DNA of 64,000 bases from NCBI RefSeq assembly GCF_009914755.1, contig NC_060935.1; one strand, given 5' to 3'. The translations under genes were made by a program, and so were the position numbers. Every line of letters starts with the position of its first letter. Positions within the stretch are counted from its first letter, which is position 1. The notes beneath the pieces are model-generated. The model saw nothing but the letters and a program-made list of their open reading frames with translations, made no database searches and was not told the DNA's origin. The DNA is from the human T2T-CHM13v2.0 reference genome, Homo sapiens. Of the stretch, positions 46,020 to 59,494 are shown one piece after another.

Positions 46020-47595
46020 TTGGTTTTGTTTTTTATAATTTCAACTTCTATTTTAGATTCAGGGGGTACAGGTGCAAGTTTGTTACAAGGGTATATTGCG
46101 TGATGCTGAAGGTTGTGGTATAAATGATCCTGTCACTCAGATAGTAAGTATAGTACCCAATAGGTAATTTTCAGCCTTTTCTCCTCCCCTATCCCTCCCT
46201 CTAGTAGTCTTCAGTGTTTATTGTTTTCATTTTTGTGTCTACGTGTACCTAAAGTTTAGCTCCCACTTATAAGTGAGAGCATGCAGTATTTGGTTTTCTG
46301 TTTCTGTGTTAATTCGCTTAGGATAATGGCTTCCAGCTACATCCATGTTGCTGTAAAGGACATGATTTCATTCTTTTATATGGTTGCATAGTCTTCTATG
46401 GTGTATACATACCACATTTTCTTTATCCAGTTCACCACTGATGGGCACCTAGGTTGATTCTGTGTCTTTCCTGTTTTGAATAGTGGTGCGATGAACATAT
46501 GAATGCGTGTGCCTTTTTGGTAGAAGGATTCGTTGTACCAAATTATGGGATTGCTAGGTCAAATGGTAGTTCTAAGTTCTTTGAAAAATCTCCAAACCGC
46601 TTTCCACAGTGGCTGAACTAACAAACCGCTTTCCACATTGGCTGAACTAATTTACATTTCCACCAACAATGAATAAGCATTCCCTTTTCTCTGCAGCCTT
46701 GCAATTATTTGTTATTTTTTGACTTTTTACTAATATCTGTTTTGACTCGTGTTAGATAGTATCTCATTGTGGTTTTGATTTGCATTTCTCTGATGATTAG
46801 TGATGTGGAACATATTTTCATGTTTATTGGCCACTTGTATGTCTTCTTTTGAGAAGTATTTATTCATGTCTTTTGCCCACTTTTTAATGGGGTTGTTTTT
46901 TGCTTTGCCTGGTGTTTTTTTTTTTTTTTAAGATGGAGTCTCACTCTGTCCAGTGGCACATTCTCAGCTCACTGCAATGTCTGCCTCCCAGATTCAAGTG
47001 ATTCTCGTGCCTATCTCCTGAGTAGCTGGGACTACAGGCATGTACCACCATGCCCAGCTAATTTTTGTATTTTTAGTAGAGACAGGGTTTCACCATGTGG
47101 GCCAGGCTGGTCTCGAACTCCTGACCTCAGGTGATCCACTTGCCTTGGCCTCCTAATTTGGGGGAATTACAGGAGTGAGCTACCACGCCTGGCCAAATTG
47201 TTTAAATTCCTTATAGATACTGGATATCAGACCTTTGTCAGGTGCATAGTTTGTAAATATCTTCTACCATTCTGTAGGTTGTCTGTTTATGCACTTGATA
47301 GTTTCTCTTGCTGTGAGGAAGCTCTTTAGTTTGAGTCCCATTTATCAATTTTTGCTTTTGTTGCAATTGCTTTTGAGGATTTAGTCATAAATTTTTTGCC
47401 AAAGCTGATGTCCAGAGTGGTACTTCCTGGGTTTTCTTCTAGGATTTTCATAGTTTGAGGTCTTACATTTAAATCTTTAATCCATCTTGAGTTAATGTTT
47501 GTGTATAGTAAAGGTAGGGGTCCAGTTTCATTCTTCTGCATTTGCCTAACCAGTTATCCCAGCACCATTTATTGAATAAGGAGTCCTTTCCCTAA
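46020..47595 (-). mobile_element. L1PA/PB 3' fragment containing an Alu (46916..47194, minus)
   Basis: L1 3' UTR (tcccacttataagtgagagcatgcagtatttgg) and ORF2 end (47326..47541). Confidence 0.8.
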
Positions 47596-47728
47596 TGGGT
47601 AGTCATTGGACCTAAAAGTTTCCTAGTTCCTTTTCAATGCTATTTCATCTTAATGAAAAAAAAATAAACCTTTTAATTAGTAATCCATTTCTTCTCTTGT
47701 ATTACTAACAAGTTTTCCTTCATCTTAA

Positions 47729-48072
<344 letters not shown>

Positions 48073-48889
48073 GAAGTATTCTTTATTTAGAAGAATTCAT
48101 TTAAAAAAACAATGACTGCTGGTGTAGTAGCCATGTCAAAGGCAATATTTATTGGATTATTTTAAGTGCTTTCACATGTATTTTCATTTATTTATAGTTT
48201 ATTCGTGGGATAACTGATTTAAGCCTGCCTCTAATATTTGCAGGATTGGGCTCACATACAAATACAAGTTTATGTACCTTACATCTAAGTATTTTAATGT
48301 CATAAGCTGAGCTAAAAAAACTGTAAAATGACATATATTCTATTGTCCTACCTTGACAAATATGATTTCATAGTGACTAGAAGGTCGGACTCAAATTTGC
48401 AATTCTTGAACTCCTCTGAGTTACATGCAGGAACATGAGTGGAGAGTCAGCCTCCAGTCCACCCCCTTTCTATTCTTATTCATACCTCTATTTTGTACTC
48501 GAAGAATTTCAGATACATGCTATGGTTCAACTCAGCCCAGATATCTAAGTTCTAGGTACATGCCCTGTAAGTGGTCACCCCTTAATGTTCCATTGAGCCT
48601 AGATGCGCATGAGAGGTGCAGCCTGCTCTGAGGAAGACAAAGGTGGGGAACAGAACTGTGTATACCCTAAAAACAGCCTTGGAAAGTTTGAGTAAAGAAT
48701 TCCAGGGGCCTGGGTACCTGGAGCAGAGTATAGATGGGCAGTCATAGGCTTCAGGTGCCTTCGCCTAGTTGCTTAGTCTCTGAGGACTATGGGAAGAGAT
48801 ATGGTCAGAGACAGGCCAAAGTGGGACTATTAAAAATGTGGGTCTCATGATAAGGGCTCCCCTCTTATCCAGGTCTAAGAGTGATTCTG

Positions 48890-50300
48890 CATTTATTCAG
48901 AAAACATTTATTTTTTATCTTCCATATCATAGGCACTGTCCTAGGCTCAGATGATACAAAGATAAATAAAATTCATTCCTTTTCTTGAAGAACTCATAAT
49001 CTAAGTTGGGGAGGGAGGATGAGAAACAAACATATTCAAATAAGTAATATAATTAGTGCAGTTGCCAAGATAGGTACAGAGTCCATGTGAGCACAGAAGA
49101 AGGGATTAACGATTTTATCTGGAGAGTTAGAGAAAATATTACACTTTAGTTGGGTTTGGGTGGATAAATATATGTTTTGCAGGGAAGGGGATAAGGATGG
49201 TGAGTTAGGAAAACATATATAAACAGAATCAAGGTGGGAGGAAATAATAGTAGTATTCATGCAGAATTTTTATAATTCACAAGGGCTTTCATATATTATC
49301 TAGTTTAGTACTTTTCAACAACAAAGCAAACATTTATTGAAAACTTACTACATGCCAGGGACTGTTCTATATGCTGAGAATATAAAACTAGAATATATGA
49401 CAGGATAGTACATATTTACAAATGGACTTAAGTGTGAATGTATCCCTTATGAACTTTGTAAACTTAAGCAAGTAACTTCACCTCTGAGCCTCAGTATCCT
49501 TAATTATATAATGGAGATTATAATATTGATCTTCTAGTTTGTTGATAGCATTAAGTGGAGAAATGTATGTAAAGTACTTAACATTGTATCTGACATTTAA
49601 TAAGATCTCAATAAAAAGTACCTGTTACTACCATGATAGGATGAGCACCAAGAGAGGACAGACAACAGGAGAAAAAGAGACAAAAAATAATTATAATGCT
49701 TAAAGTGAGGCAGGGATAGTCTAGGGAGGTCAAGAAATGCTTTATAGATGAGTTAATACTCAAGCTACATCTTAAAGGATGAATTGAAGTTTGCCAGATG
49801 GTCAAGGAGCTTAGTATGAAGCATAAGGTGTGTCTGAGAAATAAAATAAAAATTTGGGGTGGCTAAACCCCAAGTGAAGTGAAGTGGCAGAGAATCTATA
49901 ACGAAGTTGTTGAAAGATTTTAAGGCAAAAGTCCTATAATCTTACTATAATCTTATAAAGACCAGTCTGGCAGCTGCATATAGAATAATCTAAAAAAGAA
50001 AACTAAGGCAGAGTCCAGTTAAGAAGTTATTATAGTAGTTGTGGAGGACGATGAGGGCACTGGGAACAGAGAGTGACATATTTAATAATATTTAAGAAGT
50101 AGAATCCATAGATTTTGATGACCAAATTCTTAGTCTTGATGGGTTTGGTCAAGGGTATTTTCTAACTTTCTTCTTAGATAATTGAATGAATGGTTAGTAC
50201 CATTAACGTATATAGGGAATGTTCAAAGAACAGATTTTTCAGGAAGCTAGTGAGTTCAGTTTGTGACCATCAGCTTCAGGAGCATGTGAAATATTAAGGG
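48890..50300. mobile_element. Cluster of L2 and MIR fragments
   Basis: aggcactgtcctagg, aagtaacttcacctctgagcctcagt, ctagtgagttcagtttg motifs. Confidence 0.5.
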
Positions 50301-50899
50301 AGGTCTGATTTATATGCATGTGAAAATAACTAAAGTTCTGGGAACAATAGGAACTAAGTATTTCTTAAGGGGTTTTCAAAATATGTTTCAGCATGACATT
50401 GGATAAGGTACAGGGCTACTGCTGGGTGACAGAAACAAGCAGAGCTTTTGGTGGTCTGAAGGAGCTGCAGTAACAAAATTGGAGACTCAAGGGTCTCAAA
50501 CATTTGATCAGTGTTCTCCTCAAGACATTTGCCAAAGTCTAAGAAAACATGAAGGCTAAATGGAAAATGAGTGGAAAAGAGACTAAGAATCTATTAGTCT
50601 GTGATGATGAGGAGATGTAGAGTTCAGGACCCACTGGGTTGGGGGAGGGGAGAAAGGGCCCAATATACATATCAGGCTTTCAGTTGAGTTAGGGAGAGCA
50701 TACACTAAGAACATCGTCTAACTAGCAGTAGAATAAACCTTACCTAAATTACAAAGCAGCCTTGATTCTGCTGATGTCTGGACCAGATTAAGATGATGAA
50801 CTGTGTACTTTCTGCCTAGCTGAGAAAAGTGTGAACTTTCTCTGGTTATGGATAACATAATTTAGAGCCTCTAAAAAATTAAAACAATATTCAGTATTC

Positions 50900-52380
50900 A
50901 ATCAAAAGTTTCTAAGTACATACTTAGAAGTAGATGTCCAAAAGCCAAGAGAAAGAAAACACAACAGAAGCAGACTCAGATGACACAAGATACTAGTATT
51001 AGTAGACTTTAAAATAATTGATTAATGTGCTCAGGTAACTAGAGGAAGAGATGGAGAAAATGGATGAAAATATTGAGAATTTCACCAAAGAAATGGAATC
51101 TATAAAATAGAATCCAATAGAAAAATATAATCTTAAAATAAGAACTCACTCTATGCACAATGAGGTACCACTTCAGACTCACTAGAGTAGCTTAAGGAGG
51201 GAAAGACAACAAACTTAACAGTACCAGATAGTGGCAAGGATGTAGAACAGCTGTAACTCATGTATTAGTATCATATGTAGAAAACAGCACAACCACTTTG
51301 GAAAACTGTTTAATATCTTATACAGTTAAACATAGACCTACTATATGACCCAACCAATTTATGCCTAGAAATTTAAGAAAAGTGGAAACATTTATAAAAA
51401 CACTGAATCGTGACAGAATATATTCCTTTCAAGTGCCCATGGAACATTTTCCACAGTTCATCTTACTTTTGGTTATTTTTCAGAATATGTTCTGTAACTT
51501 TAGTGATATTACACTAGAAATCAATAAGCAGTATATTTCTAAAGGATCATGGATCAAAGAAAAAATTATAATGGCAATTAGGAAATACTTTTGAGAGAAT
51601 AATAATGAAGATAAATCATATTAAAACTTTTTAGGTGTCACTGAAGCAGTCCTTAAAGGGAATGTCAGAGCCTTGATTACAATTAATATAAAATTAAAAA
51701 GGCTACAAATCAATGTTTTAACCTTCCATCTTAAGCTTGGGAAAAACTACAAATTACATCAGAAAAAAAGCCATAGGAATAAGTGCAAAATCGGTGAAAT
51801 ATAAAACAAATGTATAACAGAGGAAATCAAAGACAAAAGTTGGTTCTTTTAAAAATTTTGTTTTGCCAAGGATATATCACTTTTACTAATCAGTAAAAAG
51901 AAAAAACACAATTCACCAATATTAGGAATGGAAAGGGAACCATTACTACAGAGCCTACAGACATTAAATCACAGTAAGAGAACATTATAAACAACTTTAC
52001 ATTTTAAAAATTTGACAATTTTAATAAAATAAACTCCTATGGGGATAAAACAACTAAAATGGACACAAGAAGAAATTGAATACTTGAGTAATCCCGTATC
52101 ACTGAAAGAAATAAAACCAGTTATTAAAAATCCTGAAAGAAAAATCCAGGTTCAGATTCCAGCTCATATATCTTCACTGGGGAATTCTTTTTAAATGTAT
52201 AAGGGAAAAAATAACATAAAGTTTTACATAAATTCTTCCAGAGAATGGAAAGTGGAATATTTCTCAAATAAAGCGTAACTTTAATACCAGCCTGATGGGG
52301 ACATTACAAGAAAGCAGCATTACAGACTAATTTTTCTTGTGAGCATAAATGAAAAAAGCCTCAAGTGAAATATTGGCACA
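50900..52380 (+). mobile_element. Old L1M ORF1/ORF2 remnants (sense)
   Basis: A-rich sequence with cattactacagagcctacagacattaaa and acacaagaagaaattgaa ORF2 motifs. Confidence 0.65.
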
Positions 52381-53886
52381 ATGATCTTTGAGGGGCACTG
52401 CTGCAGGCCCCTATACTTGCAGCTTCTGCTTAAGCCCCTGCCTCTAGCCCCCGGGCAGCTTCTTAACCACCCCTGAACTTCTCCCAAGCTATGGACCAAA
52501 TGGAAACAAAGCTTTTTGCAGCAACAGCAATCATACAATGAATAACATACTGAAATAAAATATTCCAAGATGTTAAAGAATTGTCTTTGGATGATAAATC
52601 ATTTTTTCCTATCTTTCCTGTATTTCTTAATTTCTCAAATATTTTATTACTAGTTTGTTTGACATTGTAAGACTAAGCAGTATCTGCATGGTTGAGGGCC
52701 CCTTGCTGCTGAATATCCTGTTTATTGTGCGTAAGAAGGTACAAGGACTCCTGAAATATTTATGTGGCATCCCACTAGTGAAAATAGATTTCCTGTGAGG
52801 TGTTTAATATTCCCTTTGTGTATGTTTTTTTCCTCACATGCTTTTTTCTCCCTTGAAATATAATACTGTTGTTCTAAAAGCAACCTGACAAAAACTGTTG
52901 CAATAAAAAAGTATGTGGACTGGGGTTGGGATGCTTGGAAAAAAAAAATCTTTATCAAGTTGTCTAGTGTGACTTTTAAGCAGAATTCTCTTTAAATATT
53001 TCAAAGACCTTTTCTGTTTTTAATGTTCTTTAGAGCTCTAGTATAACAATTTCAGCATCTAAGCATGTTGACACTCAGCTCAGGAAGTTCACTGTCTCAC
53101 CTAGGCCAGATTTGTCTTATGATAGCCTAATCTTTTAGCTGTAATTGTGATCTGATCTGCATCAAAAGGTCTTTTCAGTTCTGTATTGCTCATATGTAAG
53201 CATTTTACAGGCTAGCAGGTAAAAGTCAAAATGAGAATTTCATTCAGTTCATTTGACTGAAGGCAACATACCCCTGCTGTGGGTGTTTTATGTCTAACCT
53301 AAATCTTCTCATGACATGCCTACCACATGGCATAGTCAGTGGGAAACTTCTTTAGCAATACTACTGACCTTCTTTGAAAGCTTTTCTGCTAAAGGCTTTT
53401 TGTTTTATTGCCATTTCCTACTGGATAATCTTTTCCTTCTTGTGTTTATACTCTTGACCTCAGAAAAAATATGAAGGACTGATTGCTTTACAGATGGTAT
53501 CAGAAGACTTAATCTTGTATTGATAGTTGGCAAATAATTAAAAATTAATTTTGCCTTTTACTTACTGAAGAAACTAAATCATTTATGCCTTCTTTGCATG
53601 GAAGTCACATGATTTAACTTGAAGACAAAACCACCTTAGCAGCATTCTAAAATAATCATACATCTGTTTTATAAACAGTAATTGATAACTACTTTACCTC
53701 ACTCAGTTGTTATAAGAATAAAATGATATGGTTTCATTCATTGATTTAGCAGCTATTTATTGAGCATCTGTTAATTGGTAGAGATGATGCTAGACATAGG
53801 GTATGCAAGAAATGAAAAAACATGATCCCTGTCTTCAAGGATCTAGCTAGATAAGTTTGACTAACCAGTGGGGAAGCAGATAAATA

Positions 53887-55010
53887 CGGTCATGCACCAC
53901 ATAAAGATGTTTTGGTTAGTGATGGACAGCACATACACTGTTGGTCCCATAAGATTATAGTGGAGCTGAAAAATTCCTATCACCTAGTGATGTAGCATTG
54001 TAATGCATTCCTCATGTGTTTGTGGTGATGCTTGTGTAAACCTACTGTGCTTCCAGTTGTGTAAAAGTATAGCACATACAGTTATGTACAATGCATAATG
54101 GCTGATGACGATAATGAACACCTATGTTACTGGTTTATATATTTACTATACTATTCTAAAGGAAAAGTTAACTGTAAAACAGCCTCAGCCAGGTCCTTCA
54201 GGAGGTATTCCAGAAGAAGGCATTATCATAGGAGAATACAACTCCATGAGTGTTATTGCCTCTGAAAACTGTCCAGTGGGATAGGATGTGGTGGCAGAAG
54301 ACAATAATATTGATGATCCTGACCCTGTGTAGGCCTAGGCTAACATGTATTTATGTCTTAGTTTTTAACAAAATAGTTTAAAAAGTTTAAAAAAATTTAA
54401 TGGAAAAAGCATATAGGACAAGGATACAAAGAAAGAAAATATTTTTTTACAGCTGTACAACATGCTTGTGTTTTAAGCTAAGAGTTATTATAAAAGAGTC
54501 AAGTAAAAAAATTCAGTTTATAAAGTTAAAAAGTTACAGTAAGCTGAGGTTAATTTATTATTGAAGAAAGAAAATTAATTTTTGTAACTTTAATCTAAGT
54601 GTACAGTGTTTATAAAGTCTACAGTAGTATATCATAATGACCTAGACCTTCACATTTACTTACTACTCGCTCAGTGACTCACCCAAAGCATCTTCCAGTC
54701 CTGCATGCTCCATTCATGGTAAGTGCCTTATTTAAGTATAATGTTTTTATCTTTTATACTGTATTTTTGCTGTACTTTTTCTATGTTTAGATACACAAAC
54801 ACTTACCATTGTGTTACAGTTGCCTACAGGATCCAGTCCAGTAATGTACTGTACAGGCTTGTAGCCAAGGAACAATGAGGCTATACCATATAGCCTGGTT
54901 GTGTATAGGCTATACCATCTAGGTTTGTGGAAGGACACTCTATGATGTTTTCATGACAAAGATGAATTTTTTTAAAGAATATATCTCCATAATTGGGTAA
55001 AGCATGACTG
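53887..55010. mobile_element. Tigger3 (Golem/MER7) family element, about 1.1 kb
   Basis: TA-cggtcatgc...gcatgactg ends; ggtcccataagattatagtggagctgaaaaattcctatc motif. Confidence 0.8.
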
Positions 55011-55054
55011 GAAATAGATCATTATAATACCGTATATTTAGTATTACAAGATAA

Positions 55055-55270
55055 TACAGCACGTGGTTAAGAACATGGGGAGATATGTTTCCAAGTCCCA
55101 GCTCTGCTACCTACCGGCTGTGTGACTTTGAGAGTTACTTCTGTAATCCTCAGTTTCCTCTATATACAATAAGGATAATAATGATATATACCTCATAAAG
55201 TTCCTGCAAGGATTAAATGAGGTAACGTGTAAATGTGCTTAGTACAGAATCACAAATATAGTATGTACTC
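55055..55270 (+). mobile_element. MIR
   Basis: cccagctctgctacctacc...tgtgactttg...cctcagtttcctc core. Confidence 0.7.
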
Positions 55271-55849
55271 AGTAAAGATTAGCTGCTGCTTATCATGAGA
55301 AGGAAAAAAGTACAAGAATATGTGGTAGCACAGAGACTGTTTTAAAGCCAAAGTTGGGGATATGGGGTGGCAGAAGGAAAGGGAGAACTTCCTGAACTGA
55401 GTTTTGAAGGATTTGTGGGGATAGTATAAGACAAAGTGGGAATTGGAGAGGGGAAAGGCTGGACAGGAATTCCAGGCAAAAGGAATAGCACTGCAAAAGC
55501 AGTGCTTCATGAAAGAATGTGACACCTCTGAATTTGATGTGATTGGAGCTAAAGGAATAGCAATAGGTGAGCCTTAAGAAATAAGGAAAGACATGATTGT
55601 AAAGACCTTAGTATGTCATGAGAAAAAAATTTGACTTCATGTTGAAAACAGGGAGCTCAGTGGCATCATGGGGATAAGATGAAATGACTGTTAGGAGGTT
55701 GTTGAAATAATATATAGAGAGAAGAGAGGTGAAATTAATTTTTTAAAAGATCGTTATATATTAAGTCCTAACTGTGTGTCAAGCACTTCGCATAGATTAT
55801 CTCCTCTTAATGGATAAAGTAGTCCTGCAAGGTAGCAGTAGTTAGCATT

Positions 55850-56060
55850 CACTGAGTGCTTAGAATGTGCTAGGCGTAGTGTTGAGTGCTTTAGAGACAC
55901 TAAGTTATTTACTTGTTTCAATAACCTTTTAAGGTAGATTTGATTACTCATTTCATTTTACAGATGAGAAAATGAGCCCTAGAAAGGTTAGGTAATTTGC
56001 CTAGGATTAAGGGTACATTTAGCAAGTGGCAGAACTGGGATTCAACCCCAGATTTATTTG
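55850..56060 (-). mobile_element. MIR
   Basis: cattttacagatgagaaaatgag...aggttaggtaatttgcctagg...ggattcaaccccag. Confidence 0.7.
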
Positions 56061-57469
56061 TCTTTATCACCTAACGTCTTTGAAGTTTATAACATGGCCT
56101 GCCACATAAGACAAGGCCAGGGAGGCAAAGAGGAGGAGGTAGTTTTAAGAGTGGTTAAGAGACTTGATAGGATTTTGTTAGAGAAGAATTCAAGGATAAC
56201 TCCCAGATTTATGGCTTAGGTCACTGGGTACATGTTGTACTATAAAACAGATTTGCCAGGAAGGTGGTAGAGGTGACGAGAATAAGTTTAGTTTGGAGCA
56301 TACTGGGCTTGAAGTCTAAAAGGAAATCCAAGTAGAGAGTACCAGTAGGAAATGATAAGTTATTCTTATTAGTGATTGCTCTCTTTTTTGATACATTATA
56401 TTTGTACATATTAGTGGGGTACGTGTGAAATTTTGTTACATAGGATACGTAATCAAATCGGTATTTGTCATTTCTATGTGGGGGGGCACAGTTCAAGTCC
56501 TCTCTTCTAGCTATTTTGAAAGATACAATACATTGTTGCTAACTATAGTCACCCTACTCTGCTATGAAACATTAGAATTTATTCCATTTGAAGTCACAAG
56601 GAAGAATACTGGCAGAATCATGGAATTGGGAGACAAGAGAAAGGTTGAACAGAAAAAACAGGAACAGCAGGAAAAAAGTTAGACTTCTAAATTAGATCTT
56701 AATTCTGTTATATCAAAGAGGCAGATTTCTTCCACCTCCTTGAGAAGTTATTTTTCCAGCAGGGCACCTCTTTCACTCCTGAAGTAAATAAGCTTGTTTC
56801 TTAATCTTAGAAGCAGAAATCATTTTATCTGAAAGTCTTGGTGTTGGCAGATTTCTGTGATTGCTTTGGAAACAGTCCTTGCTTTTGGTTCTAGGTCTCT
56901 TAACTTTGTGAAGGATTAGTGCTTTGGCATTATATGAAAGATGACTAACAAGAGTTTTTAAGTTGTTGAAATTGTAAGAAAATATATTTTAAATCCAGTT
57001 TCCCTGTGATGTCACCTTATTTTCAGAATTCTCTTCGAAATGCAAATATTGACATTTTTTAGTTGTGCAAACACCCAATGCAGCACGTTTATAAACCTGT
57101 TTGCAGTCTTTTATATTCTTAACCTCTCTTTTACTGAAAGCCTGATGCTAGTTTCAGAATACCTTTTGGCATAGCCAGAGAATCACTGTAATTGTATTCA
57201 CACCATTGCTCTAGGAGAAACGGATAAACTGACATATTGATTTCTGACCTAGTCTAGTTTCTATTGTGTATCAACTAAAACATGTATTTACAATAGAGGC
57301 TTTGAAGACATTGGAGAAGAGCAGAAACTTGTTTATAGAATAATTGTTTTTTAATCAATTTTTAAATTTAGCACTATCATTTTTTATTTTATGATCCCTT
57401 CTTAAACTACTATATGGCAGCTGTTCTTAACCTGTGAATCTGACCAAAGCTGTGGATTTTTTTTTTCCT

Positions 57470-57872
57470 AGGAGAATACCTGTGAGACATCAAGTGGAGA
57501 TGTCAAATTGGCAGGTAGATAAATAGGCTCGAATATCAGGGATTGATCTATGTTGGTGCTATAGCTTTGTGAGTTATAGATGGTAGTGTATAGTAACTGA
57601 AGCAGAGGGCATACATAAAATCGCCTGGGGGGAAGGTATTGAGTAAGAAAAGGAGAAGGCCTAAAATGGAGCTTTGAGGAACACCTAGTGTAGAGCAGAT
57701 GGGCCTGCAAAGAAGACAGAGAAGGATGGTCTAAGGAAGTATACGAGGAAATTCAGGGAAAGTATTGTGTCACAGAAGCTGAGGAACAGAAAAGTTTCAG
57801 GAAGGAGGGAGTGGTTAGCAATATTAAATGTGTCTGAGAGGGCAAGTAAAATTAGGACTGAAAAATGTTCCA
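57470..57872. mobile_element. L2 fragment
   Basis: aagtggagatgtcaa...gtgtcacagaagctgagg...aagtttcaggaaggagggagtgg. Confidence 0.65.
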
Positions 57873-59494
57873 TCAGTGTTTCTCAACCTTTTCTTCATTA
57901 TTGTTCCCCTATTGAACCTATTTAGACATTTTTTCTAACTGCCCCCCAATATAATTTTAATACACAGATATAACCGTTTATGTACTGTGATTTTTCGGAG
58001 AGCCACAAATTACTATAATATCTAAGGGTTTTTTGCCTCCTTGGGGACAGTATTGCACCTAATAAAAAAGCATGTACTGGATGGATTAAATGACCTGTAG
58101 GTCACTAGTTGTTTTGGTGGAGTGATGGATCTTAAGGCCATATTGGAGCAGATGAAGAAGTGAGGAAATAGAGACAGAAAATTTACTCACTCTTGAGATG
58201 TTTGTGAAGAGAGGAGTATCTGTGAGGAGAGGAATAGCTACCAAAAGAGGGACGGGGCTGACTCAGTCTTTTCTAGTAACCATTCTGTTACCAAGACCTA
58301 TGACACTTGAAAAACAATGCTGACGTGTTCCCTTAGCCCTTAGCTGACTGGTCTAGAGAATAATTCGTATAGAGAATTACACCAGTAACTAAGCTTTTCT
58401 GTCATCATTGACTTCGCTCTGTTTAAATTCCATCATTGAAAACTTCAATTTGATTCATTATTCACAGGAAAATCTTTTATCATTTACTTTTTTTACAAGG
58501 TTGGGAGTTACCGAACTTAACAAATATGAATGTCTTCAAGACACTTACTTTACTGGCTCTCATTGGAATAAGATCTCAATATACGCAGATCCCTAGCCAA
58601 GAGCTCCTGTGATCTTAGGCTCGTCTTTTAACTTTTGTATTTTAATAGTTTTCTTTCATTCTCTAACTTATTTCACACATGATCTTTTAAGAGAGCCAGA
58701 TGACATATATTTTAAAGTCAAGTGTGATGTGTGTATATGCCTGTTTTGGCCTTTTTCTATATTACCTTCCTCACATTCCTAGTGTACTCCTTTATATGCC
58801 TTTAAATCTTTATCTTCACTAGTATAAAAGCATCTCCCTCTGCCCAAGCTGCAATAATATTTTTCACTTCTCCCCTATTACAACTTTATGTTGTTTTGAG
58901 TTTGAATCATACCATAAAAACGATGTTTATGTCCTGTACTCAATTTAGATTTACAGTTGTAGCTCAAGAAAGACTGGTAAATATGGGAGAATAGTTGTAA
59001 GAAAATCTTTGTTTAAAGTGGCTTTGTCACTTTGCTAGAGATGGCCAGTGAGTAGCTGTCAGAATCTGGACAGACTTGGTTTCACAAATACCATCTCTTG
59101 TGTGTTTTTCCAATGCCTGATCTTTCAGCCTTTGTAGGATGTCTTCCTGATTTTTAACTTATACCTGTGTTAATCTAACAAAATGGAAGGCTATAATTCC
59201 CCTGGAGTCAATAGCCTGCCACAAATGGATAGAAGCCCAGAATTTTCACCAGCACATGCTTTATTGAAGAAGTATGAGTATGAACTGGCCTCATACTACT
59301 GTTCAGAAAACAATAGCTCATTTGTTTCAAAGTAATTTTTAGCAATTGGCCTCATCAGGCCAATTCTATTCTAGAACTCAGTTATGAGTTCTAGTCTTGA
59401 GTCAGTCATATTTCTTAACAAAAGTTCTTTACATACTTTTTTGATGATTTTCTCACTGAACTGCTTCTTTCCTTTCTACATGTTAGTAGGGATT

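Noticed and set aside
52380-59490. Non-repetitive-looking stretches (about 52400-53700, 56700-57450, 58250-59490) as enhancers or ncRNA
   Set aside because: No motif, ORF or structure I can support; conservation and chromatin tracks would be needed.
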